A stretch of 11,818 bases of DNA from positions 1-11,818 of the forward strand of contig JBIKLL010000081.1 of assembly GCA_044359815.1 (NCBI GenBank). The letters are read 5' to 3'. This document shows, piece by piece, positions 1-7,217 of this stretch. Both the position numbers and the translations under genes were made by a program. Position 1 is the stretch's first letter, and each line of letters starts with the position of its first letter. Source of the DNA: Pseudobdellovibrionaceae bacterium (GTDB taxonomy: Bacteria; Bdellovibrionota; Bdellovibrionia; Bdellovibrionales; Bdellovibrionaceae). Under the pieces are notes generated by a model. That model ran no database searches and had not been told where the DNA came from. It saw nothing but the letters and a program-made list of their open reading frames with translations.

Positions 1-2
1 TC

Positions 3-146
3 AGATCACTACAAAAAGTGACAAACTTTAGCACATCAAATGAAAAATTTGGTTTTGAAGAAATCTTCAACTGGAAAAATTATGAGAATCGAACCTTTGG
101 GTGTAGAACCAGAGTTGGGAAAATTATTTTTCGGGGCGGAAAATGA
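3..146 (+). CDS. Possible 3' end of an upstream gene (partial, product unknown)
   Basis: Frame 3 is open from the window start for 47 codons (RSLQKVTNFSTSNEKFGFEEIFNWKNYENRTFGCRTRVGKIIFRGGK) to TGA 144-146. That stop overlaps the next ATG (143-145) in the ATGA arrangement also used at pgk/tpiA. No recognisable motif, so it could be chance. Confidence 0.3.
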   Translation, partial: RSLQKVTNFSTSNEKFGFEEIFNWKNYENRTFGCRTRVGKIIFRGGK

Positions 147-631
147 AAGACTTCTTAAAAAAACTCAAAACTCAGATGGCAAATTCGAAAGCCATAAAGT
201 CCATTTCAAAAAATGAAGCTGTTCGTATTTGCCTGGCCGTGACTTCCTTGGTGATAGTTACGATGCTGACAGGCCCACTGACTGAAACCAATAATCACAA
301 TGACTTGATTTACAGTGCCAGCACAAAATCTGTTCCCACTGGTGCCATTAATATAGTTTCTTTAAATCAACAGGCCAAAATCAGCGCCGATGATATTTCA
401 AATGGTTTTTCAATTGAAAGACCCCAGTCTGAATTGATAAATAACAATAAACAAAAACCTCAACCGCCTCAAAAAAAGAAACTTAAAAAACCAAGTTCAA
501 CAAAAAAGAACAAAGCGATTGCTGAGACCTCTAAAACTAGGATTGGCAAATTTTTTGCTTTCTTGAAAAAAGACGAATCTAAATCCAAAAGAACTAAAAA
601 AAACCTGTCAGCCACTGCTAAAAAAACCTAG
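143..631 (+). CDS. Hypothetical single-pass membrane protein with Lys-rich, low-complexity C-terminal half (162 aa)
   Basis: ATG 143 is preceded by G-rich GGGGCGGA. There is one hydrophobic segment (ICLAVTSLVIVTMLTGPL) and a very basic tail (KQKPQPPQKKKLKKPSSTKKNK...KSKRTKK). TAG at 629-631. No family recognised. Confidence 0.6.
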   Translation: MKDFLKKLKTQMANSKAIKSISKNEAVRICLAVTSLVIVTMLTGPLTETNNHNDLIYSASTKSVPTGAINIVSLNQQAKISADDISNGFSIERPQSELINNNKQKPQPPQKKKLKKPSSTKKNKAIAETSKTRIGKFFAFLKKDESKSKRTKKNLSATAKKT

Positions 632-1882
632 CTAGAAATTAAATGATGTTCCAACCAGCATGGTGAAAACCTGCTGTGATTTTGTGATGACTTCGTACCG
701 TTGGTTTAACCTCTGAACACTGCGGCCCCATCCCCCAGTGTAGTATCCCCCAAATGTGTATTGGATTCTGCCTGATCTTAAGGCTGCATTAGCCGCAAAT
801 CCCATTTGATCCACTCGGTCCCCTTGGCCCTTGACCTTTTCGACATCGGGATTTGGATGGCTGGAAAAATTTGTAAAACCACCGGCTCTGAATCTGAGCC
901 AGTTGTTCCAAGCGTACTCAAGCCCCAACGCTGCATTGATGACTTGGATGTGTTCAATTAATTCAGCCCTGTCTGTGCCTTCCAGATCACTGTAACTTTC
1001 TGGCGTGAACAAAGACAAATCATAGCTCACTATCCAGTCAGCGTTAGGTCGCCAAGCTATGCCAATGGCATATTTTCTGGGAATTTTAGTTTTGGTTTTT
1101 AGATCTGGTAAATTAATAATGTAATCAGTAGTACCCGCCGTATCAATGAGGGTCTCGTAATATGAGCCCGCCCCAGCTATATGCATGGCGGGAGTTCTGA
1201 TAGATGCACCAAAACTCCAATTTTCTGCAAACCGATATTGATAGCCCAAAATAAAAACCAAACTATTTTGTGTGAACGCTTTTTCCTCGGAATACAAAAG
1301 CTGATCCGTGGCTCCAATGGTGGATCGATCAGTGACTGATTTGGTTAATGAGCGGGCCGTGTAGTAAAACGTAAGCCCAAATGATTGGTCTGTATCAGTC
1401 TTTTTCGAAATAGATCCACCAACCCAAAGGGATTCATCAGTCAGTGTCAGCGAAGACACTTCCCCTTCTGAATTATTCACATCGCCCTTAAATGTATCGT
1501 ACTCGGGGACAACGATTGAAAATGCAAAGGTGTATTCCTGCAAAAAATCTTTGAGCCTTATTATGGAACCCGTGGATGACGGAAGGGCTCTAAAAAACCC
1601 CTGATTCACTTGCAATGATGCCTTTGTGAAATCCTGCTCACCGCCGTAGTGTGTGTCAAATTTTTTATAGATTCCCACGGCCGCAGAAAAGCTCTGCCCC
1701 TTTAAAAAAGCCAAACCGGCCGGGTTGTACCAAGACAACGCAGAAGCATCTTCCGACAGTGCAACGTAGGCCCCGCCCATACCCGCAGCCTGATCGCCCA
1801 CCAAAATAGAATTGTAATTTCCAAACGCAGCCAGTGCATTTTGAGAAAATAAAATAGATAAGGCTAAAAACCAATTATGCAT
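632..1882 (-). CDS. Outer-membrane beta-barrel, OmpP1/FadL-like transporter (416 aa)
   Basis: Sec signal peptide (MHNWFLALSILFSQNALA). N-terminal GDQAAGMGGAYVALSEDASALSWYNPAGL matches the hatch motif of FadL/OmpP1 and of the related PorV/PorQ barrels. Many alternating amphipathic strands; ends VGTSFNF with a terminal Phe (BAM signal). Start overlaps the tpiA stop by 8 nt (ATGCATAA). Confidence 0.8.
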   Translation of the reverse strand: MHNWFLALSILFSQNALAAFGNYNSILVGDQAAGMGGAYVALSEDASALSWYNPAGLAFLKGQSFSAAVGIYKKFDTHYGGEQDFTKASLQVNQGFFRALPSSTGSIIRLKDFLQEYTFAFSIVVPEYDTFKGDVNNSEGEVSSLTLTDESLWVGGSISKKTDTDQSFGLTFYYTARSLTKSVTDRSTIGATDQLLYSEEKAFTQNSLVFILGYQYRFAENWSFGASIRTPAMHIAGAGSYYETLIDTAGTTDYIINLPDLKTKTKIPRKYAIGIAWRPNADWIVSYDLSLFTPESYSDLEGTDRAELIEHIQVINAALGLEYAWNNWLRFRAGGFTNFSSHPNPDVEKVKGQGDRVDQMGFAANAALRSGRIQYTFGGYYTGGWGRSVQRLNQRYEVITKSQQVFTMLVGTSFNF

Positions 1883-2600
1883 TGATGATGTCTAAAAAGC
1901 TCCTTGGCTCTAGACTAGCACCACCAACCAGAAAGCCGTCAACATTTGGGATTGATAATAATTGTTTTGAATTATCAGCTTTGACGCTCCCTCCATACAA
2001 AATCAGAGACTTTTTAAAGCCCAGTTTATTTAAAAACTGTCTGACAAATGCATGGGTCTCTTGCACCTGCTCGGCGCTGGCGATTTTACCCGTGCCGATA
2101 GCCCACACAGGTTCATAGGCAATATGCAATTCAGAATCAGGCAGACTCAGCGCCAAGCTTTCTGTTAGCTGCTTTTCCAGAATCGCAAATGTTTTGCCGG
2201 ATTCTCGTTCATTCAAAGTTTCCCCGATACAAACCAGCGGAATCATTTTCAACTGCTGCACGGCCTGAGATTTTTTTGAAATTTGCTCACTGGTTTCTGC
2301 AAATAAGCTTCTTCTTTCACTGTGTCCTAATAAAATCCACTGCCCACCGATTTGTTGAACCACTTGCGCAGAGGTTTCACCAGTAAAGGCACCCGAGTTT
2401 TGCCAGAAACAATTCTGGGATCCTATTTTAATGTGTGAGCCACTGACAGAATCGACCGCTGCCTGCAAATTCGTTGAAGGCACAAAAAACACAGTTTGTT
2501 TATCAGCACTGGGGCCAGTGCTTGGCAAAAACGCTTTAAAAAATTCTTGGGTTTGTGCAGGGTTTTTATTGAGCTTCCAATTAGCCGCAAAAATTTTCAT
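1875..2600 (-). CDS. tpiA: Triosephosphate isomerase
   Basis: AANWKLN (catalytic Lys), GAFTGE, GHSERR (catalytic His), AYEPVWAIGTG (catalytic Glu and loop 6), LYGGSV, DGFLVGGASL. ATGA overlap with pgk at 2597-2600. Confidence 0.98.
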   Translation of the reverse strand: MKIFAANWKLNKNPAQTQEFFKAFLPSTGPSADKQTVFFVPSTNLQAAVDSVSGSHIKIGSQNCFWQNSGAFTGETSAQVVQQIGGQWILLGHSERRSLFAETSEQISKKSQAVQQLKMIPLVCIGETLNERESGKTFAILEKQLTESLALSLPDSELHIAYEPVWAIGTGKIASAEQVQETHAFVRQFLNKLGFKKSLILYGGSVKADNSKQLLSIPNVDGFLVGGASLEPRSFLDIINA

Positions 2601-3802
2601 CTGATTTTTGTCCTTAAGACTTCTAGTCCTGGCAGTTTGTCACCTTGCAAATATTCAAGACTGGCTCCGCCACCAGTTGATATGTGACTCATTTTGTCCG
2701 CAAATCCTGATGCTTCGGCAGCTGCTGCAGAATCTCCGCCACCTACGATTTTGATTCCTGACAGCTCTGACAAACATTTTGCAATAGCAAAACTGCCTTT
2801 GCTGTACACAGGTCTTTCAAAAACTCCCATTGGTCCATTCCAAAACACTGTGGCTGCTTTCTGCAAATACTCTGTATACAATTTGATTGTTTGTGGTCCG
2901 ATATCCAAACCCATAAATCCATCAGCTATTGTAGCACCAGAAGTTGTTTGAAAATCATCGGACTCAAATTTGCTTGCAATCAGATGGTCCACTGGCAGCA
3001 ACAAAGCTTTCCCGCGCGCATCCATTCTGGCAATCATTTCTCGAGCGTAATTAAGTTTTTCGACTTCGACCAACGAGCTGCCTACTGAAAACCCCTTGGC
3101 TTTCAAAAAGGTGTAGGACATAGCCCCGCCAATAACAATACCATCAACTAAATCGATTAGCTTTTCAATGACAGGAATTTTATCAGAGACCTTGGCCCCA
3201 CCCATCACAGCCACATAGGGATGCTTGGGTGATTCTAATAATTGATCCAGAAAATTAATTTCTTTCTCGATTAAAAATCCAATCCCCTTGTCCTTCATCA
3301 GTCTGGGCATAGCGTCTATGGAGGCATGAGCTCTGTGTGAAGCACCAAAAGCATCATTGACGTAAATATGGCAATAGCTGGCCAACTGCTGAGCAAAGTC
3401 CTCGGCATTTTTTGTTTCTCGCTCATCAAATCTGAGGTTTTCCAGCAATATGACCTGGTCTTTTCTGAGTCCCATCAACAGGGCTTTCACAGCATCACTT
3501 CCAGGGTCTTCAACCAAAATCACTTCCCGCTTTAAAAGCTCAGTCAATCTGGTCGCCACAGGTTCCAATGAATATTTTTTGTCACCTTTTGTTTTTGGTC
3601 TTCCTAAATGTGAAGCCATAACCACTTTTGCACCCGTTGCCAAAACGTGATTGATGGTTGGCAAACTGGAGGTGATTCGAGTTTCGTCAGTGATCACCCC
3701 GTTCTCTATTGGAACATTCAAATCCAATCGCAGAAAAACAACTTTACCCTCTGCAATAGGCAACTCAGAGATTTTTTTTATGCCCCTCAGACCATGTGCC
3801 AT
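2597..3802 (-). CDS. pgk: Phosphoglycerate kinase
   Basis: RLDLNVP, SHLGRPK, LLENLRF, YVNDAFGASHRAHAS, GGAKVSDK, FWNGPMGVFE, GGGDS, SHISTGGGASLEYLQG. TAATG 1-nt overlap with the gap stop at 3802. Confidence 0.98.
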   Translation of the reverse strand: MAHGLRGIKKISELPIAEGKVVFLRLDLNVPIENGVITDETRITSSLPTINHVLATGAKVVMASHLGRPKTKGDKKYSLEPVATRLTELLKREVILVEDPGSDAVKALLMGLRKDQVILLENLRFDERETKNAEDFAQQLASYCHIYVNDAFGASHRAHASIDAMPRLMKDKGIGFLIEKEINFLDQLLESPKHPYVAVMGGAKVSDKIPVIEKLIDLVDGIVIGGAMSYTFLKAKGFSVGSSLVEVEKLNYAREMIARMDARGKALLLPVDHLIASKFESDDFQTTSGATIADGFMGLDIGPQTIKLYTEYLQKAATVFWNGPMGVFERPVYSKGSFAIAKCLSELSGIKIVGGGDSAAAAEASGFADKMSHISTGGGASLEYLQGDKLPGLEVLRTKIR

Positions 3803-4806
3803 TATAATCCTTTACCAGCGATGTAAGTTGCCAAATCCAACATGCGATGTGAAAACCCAGTTTCGTTGTCATACCAAGACATAACCTTGCCCAATCTTGG
3901 GTTCACGGCCATTGTGCATTCCAGATCCACAATAGAACTGTTTGTGTTGCCATTAAAATCAATGCTGACCAGTTCCTTGGGCTCAACAGCTAAAATATTT
4001 TTTAAACTGCCGTTGGCAGCATTGGTTAATGCCTGGTTGATGCTTTCTACAGTGACATCTTTTTTAGGAACAAAGCTAAAATCCACTAAGCTGACATTGT
4101 CTGTTGGGACTCTGACTGCCACGCCATCAATTTTACCCTTTAAATCTGGCAACACTAATCCCACTGCTTTTGCCGCGCCAGTTGAAGTCGGAATCATACT
4201 GACCGCACCCGAACGAGCTCTTCTGAGGTCAGAGTGAGGAGCGTCTAAAATTCTTTGATCGTTCGTGTACGAATGAATGGTGGTCATCACACCATGTTCG
4301 ATACCAAAGGTGTCGTTAATTACTTTTGCGATAGGCGCTAAACAATTGGTAGTGCAGGAGGCATTGCTGATCACATGATGTTCTTTGGAATTGTATTTTT
4401 CATGATTGATTCCGTAAACAATTGTTAAATCTGCGCCGTCTGCCGGAGCTGAAACCATGACCTTCTTGGCGCCGCCTTTAAGATGCAGCATAAAGTCTTC
4501 CTTTTTCTTGAAAGCCCCCGTGCATTCCAAAACAATATCACATCCCAAATATTTCCAAGGAATTTCGGCAGGGTTTTTAGATTTGCTAACTGGGATTTTT
4601 TTGCCATTCACAATCAGATTTGATTCGTCATGTGAAACTTCGGCATTAAAAATACCATGAGTGCTGTCGTATTTCAGCAAATGGGCAATGCCCTCGATGC
4701 TGTCCAAAGTGTTGATCCCAACAAAATCATATTTATCAAAACCAGCCCGAAACAAAACACGACCGATTCTGCCAAAGCCATTAATACCTAGTTTTAATTT
4801 TCCCAT
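3802..4806 (-). CDS. gap: Type I glyceraldehyde-3-phosphate dehydrogenase
   Basis: GINGFGRIGR Rossmann motif, LLKYDSTHG, SNASCTTNCLAP catalytic Cys motif, TTIHSYTNDQ, STGAAKAV, RVPT, WYDNE. Strong SD upstream. Confidence 0.98.
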   Translation of the reverse strand: MGKLKLGINGFGRIGRVLFRAGFDKYDFVGINTLDSIEGIAHLLKYDSTHGIFNAEVSHDESNLIVNGKKIPVSKSKNPAEIPWKYLGCDIVLECTGAFKKKEDFMLHLKGGAKKVMVSAPADGADLTIVYGINHEKYNSKEHHVISNASCTTNCLAPIAKVINDTFGIEHGVMTTIHSYTNDQRILDAPHSDLRRARSGAVSMIPTSTGAAKAVGLVLPDLKGKIDGVAVRVPTDNVSLVDFSFVPKKDVTVESINQALTNAANGSLKNILAVEPKELVSIDFNGNTNSSIVDLECTMAVNPRLGKVMSWYDNETGFSHRMLDLATYIAGKGL

Positions 4807-4811
4807 TCGCT

Positions 4812-4817
4812 CTCCTT
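4812..4817 (-). promoter_or_regulatory. Shine-Dalgarno site of gap (AAGGAG)
   Basis: Minus strand reads TAAAAGGAGAGCGAATG, placing AAGGAG 5 nt before the gap ATG. Confidence 0.8.
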
Positions 4818-4923
4818 TTAAAAATCCAACTTTAATATTTATTTACCTACATAAACAAAAACACTAACGTGAAATCTAAAACAAAATCACACAAACATTC
4901 GCCCGTATTTTTAAGACTCTGGG

Positions 4924-4952
4924 ATAGTATAGATTCAGTGGTTAAATTTCAA
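4924..4952 (-). promoter_or_regulatory. Candidate sigma70 promoter for the gap-pgk-tpiA-OMP operon
   Basis: Minus strand has TTGAAA (4952-4947, inside the last tatD codons), a 17-nt spacer, then TACTAT (4929-4924). This would give a roughly 110-nt AT-rich leader. Motif match only. Confidence 0.4.
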
Positions 4953-5715
4953 CTAGCTTTGGAAAAATCTGATGAGCATTTTTTTGAGTCTGCAACTCCA
5001 GTTCCGAGACGCTGACTTTTTTAAGTTGCGACACAAAAGCTGCAGTGTGTACGACATAGGCTGGTGTGTTTTTTTTGCCCCGCATGGGAACCGGTGCCAA
5101 AAAGGGTGCGTCAGTTTCTACGTGCATGCGATCCAGCGGCACATACTGACAGGTTTGCCGAAGATCTTCGGCATTTTTAAATGTCACTATGCCGCTAAAA
5201 GAAATATTAAATCCCAGATCCAAACATTTTTGCGCCAGCCACTGAGTCCCGGTAAAACAGTGAATCACTCCGGTAACCTTGCCGCGGTAATTTTCCAATA
5301 TGTCGACGGTGTCTTGCTCGGCATCCCTGGTGTGAATTTCAACTGGCAAACCCAGCTCTGCAGCTAAATCCAATTGATCCGAAAATGCCTTTTGCTGCTG
5401 GTCCTTGGGGGATTGGTTGTAATAATAATCCAAGCCAATTTCACCCACAGCAACCACCGTTTTTTTATGATGATGCTTTTTTATGAACTGACCAATTTCG
5501 GGTGTCCAAACAGAGCCTTGATGGGGATGCACACCCAAGGTGCAATAAACAAAGGGGTAATGTTTTTCAGAAATTTCTAAAACAAAATTGTGATCAGAAG
5601 GATCAGTTCCAATGGTAATGAGCTTTTCGACACCACTGGCTTTAGCTAAATCAATTGCTGCCTGAGGCCCTTCTTCAAGCATGTCTAAATGACAGTGGAT
5701 ATCATAAAGTCCCAT
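4942..5715 (-). CDS. tatD: TatD-family metal-dependent hydrolase/DNase (YcfH-like, 257 aa)
   Basis: DIHCHL (HxH), GVHPH, VGEIGLDYY, IHTRDA, IHCFTG, ETDAPFLAP. I moved the start from 5778 to ATG 5715 (MGLYDIHCHL) because TatD proteins begin a few residues before DxHxH; this leaves a 14-nt overlap with holB. Synteny tmk-holB-tatD supports the call. Confidence 0.93.
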   Translation of the reverse strand: MGLYDIHCHLDMLEEGPQAAIDLAKASGVEKLITIGTDPSDHNFVLEISEKHYPFVYCTLGVHPHQGSVWTPEIGQFIKKHHHKKTVVAVGEIGLDYYYNQSPKDQQQKAFSDQLDLAAELGLPVEIHTRDAEQDTVDILENYRGKVTGVIHCFTGTQWLAQKCLDLGFNISFSGIVTFKNAEDLRQTCQYVPLDRMHVETDAPFLAPVPMRGKKNTPAYVVHTAAFVSQLKKVSVSELELQTQKNAHQIFPKLVEI

Positions 5716-6553
5716 GTGAATTTCCAGTTCTTTGCCAAGAATTGATCCAAAATCTTTCAAGCACCAATTGGGGATCAAAATTTTGGTCCAATTGAATTCT
5801 GGCCTGATTGCTCAGCCATGCTACCTCTGTCAAATGACGAGGATCTAAATGATTCACCTGCCCCTTACCAAAAACAGAGGCATGCAAATCTTCAGTTATC
5901 ATTTCAAACAGTTTTTTACTGGATTCTTTGTCATTAAATAATTCACGCACAGAAACCTGCAAATACCCAAAGGGGTCAGCTGACCAAATCTTTAGAGCTT
6001 GGCTGAGCTGCCCCTGATCATCATCAACAAAGACTTCGCTGCGCTTGAGGGGCTTAAAACGAATTCTGATTGTGCGGGATTGAATGGTCGGAAGCAGAGC
6101 CTCCCCCGAAGGAGCCACTAAAATAAAAAAACAATTTTCTGGTGGCTCTTCCAGTGTTTTCAGCAAATGATTGGCGGCCTGCGGATTTAATTTCTGAGCC
6201 TCATCGATAATGATCACTCGGGTGCCACGGTCAGTTCGTAAATGCAAAAAATCCGTGGCCATTTTAGCTTGATCCAGTTTGATCATGCCCTTTTCAGGTT
6301 GAATCAGCAAAATAGTTTCACTGGGTAAAGTTTCTGCCCTAAGGCAGGTTGCACAGGTTCCACAAGCGGTTTCATTGATCCGATTATTTTCGCAAACAAA
6401 AAACTGTGCAATCCCGTGGGCTGCTAAAAACTTGCCCACACCTAAAGGTCCCTCAAACAGCAAACCATGGGGAAGCTTCCCCTGCTGAAAAGTTTTTTGA
6501 ATTCTTTGAACCAGGGATTTGTGTCCCCTCAATCGGCTTAAGATTTGAGCCAT
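5702..6553 (-). CDS. holB: DNA polymerase III delta-prime subunit (283 aa)
   Basis: HGLLFEGPLGVGK, 4-Cys zinc module CENNRINETACGTCATC, IIDEAQKLN, AANHLLKTLEEPP, LLPTIQSR. Lies directly after tmk with a 16-nt overlap. Confidence 0.9.
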   Translation of the reverse strand: MAQILSRLRGHKSLVQRIQKTFQQGKLPHGLLFEGPLGVGKFLAAHGIAQFFVCENNRINETACGTCATCLRAETLPSETILLIQPEKGMIKLDQAKMATDFLHLRTDRGTRVIIIDEAQKLNPQAANHLLKTLEEPPENCFFILVAPSGEALLPTIQSRTIRIRFKPLKRSEVFVDDDQGQLSQALKIWSADPFGYLQVSVRELFNDKESSKKLFEMITEDLHASVFGKGQVNHLDPRHLTEVAWLSNQARIQLDQNFDPQLVLERFWINSWQRTGNSHGTL

Positions 6554-7176
6554 TTCAATCCCTTAAGGCGGTCCAATAAAATCTGCAACAATTCTTGAAT
6601 GGGTTTTGACGCATCTAAAATCAGCCACTGATCCTTGCCACTTTGAGCTTGGCCTAAAAAAGATTTTTGCACTCTTAAATGAAAACTGTCGGCCTCGGAT
6701 TCCATTCTGTCTTCACCAACTCCAATGGCAGACTGCCTGTTCTTGCGGCGCTTTCGGCTTTCTTCAACCGACAAATTTAACAAGACTGTTAGATCAGGCT
6801 TTAGCCCATCGGTGGCAAACAGATTTAATTGATCCACCCAGTCTTCGGAAATTTCACGTCCACCAGCTTGAAACGCCACTGAGCTGGCCGTAAAGCGGTC
6901 ACATAAAACCCATTTGTTTTTGTCTAGACCTGGTTTGATTATTTTATCAACGTGCTGAGCTCTGCTGGCTTCGTACAAAAGCAATTCAGTCCTGGAGGTG
7001 GGGCTTTCACCGCTGGTTCGCAAGATGAGTTCTCGGATCTGATCACCTAATTCAGTGCCACCAGGTTCGCGCGTTTTCAAAACACTCAGACCTTTTTGAG
7101 TTAGCTCAGCGTCCAAGGCTGACATTAATGAACTTTTTCCCGAGCCATCCAGGCCCTCAAAAACTATAAACGGCAT
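6538..7176 (-). CDS. tmk: Thymidylate (dTMP) kinase (212 aa)
   Basis: FIVFEGLDGSGKS P-loop, TREPGGT, ELLLYEASRAQH, VLCDRF, AFQAGGR, PDLTVLL, DRME. Start placed at ATG 7176 (MPFIVFEG), which fits the usual N-terminus; the ORF track start at 7203 is an alternative. Confidence 0.96.
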   Translation of the reverse strand: MPFIVFEGLDGSGKSSLMSALDAELTQKGLSVLKTREPGGTELGDQIRELILRTSGESPTSRTELLLYEASRAQHVDKIIKPGLDKNKWVLCDRFTASSVAFQAGGREISEDWVDQLNLFATDGLKPDLTVLLNLSVEESRKRRKNRQSAIGVGEDRMESEADSFHLRVQKSFLGQAQSGKDQWLILDASKPIQELLQILLDRLKGLKWLKS

Positions 7177-7217
7177 AATTTTTATTAGAACTGTCTGATG
7201 CAAATGTCACTATAAAA

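Noticed and set aside
40..216. 58-codon plus-strand ORF (MKNLVLKKSSTGK...)
   Set aside because: It overlaps ORF143 by 74 nt in another frame and has no SD or motif. It is less parsimonious than the frame-3 partial ORF ending in an ATGA overlap.
2597..2620. Possible programmed frameshift producing a PGK-TIM fusion, as in Thermotoga
   Set aside because: A -1 shift at ACA AAA ATC would be open into tpiA, but there is no canonical slippery heptamer. The AAGGA plus ATGA overlap is adequately explained as ordinary translational coupling.
3802..4806. Erythrose-4-phosphate dehydrogenase (Epd) instead of GAPDH, given the missing Asp32
   Set aside because: It keeps GAPDH-type HSYTNDQ, STGAAKAV and WYDNE rather than Epd-type residues, and it heads a gap-pgk-tpiA operon.
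1882..4867. Multiple plus-strand ORFs antisense to tpiA, pgk and gap (e.g. 1882-2118, 2694-2951, 3842-4237, 4457-4660, 4661-4867)
   Set aside because: These are shadow ORFs opposite highly conserved genes. They have no motifs and are expected from codon bias on the coding strand.
4972..6893. Plus-strand ORFs 4972-5367, 5374-5580 and 6606-6893; also the short nested ORFs elsewhere (1665-1874, 4425-4607, 8393-8599, 10896-11087)
   Set aside because: All lie fully inside well-supported genes, in another frame or on the opposite strand, and show no recognisable protein features.
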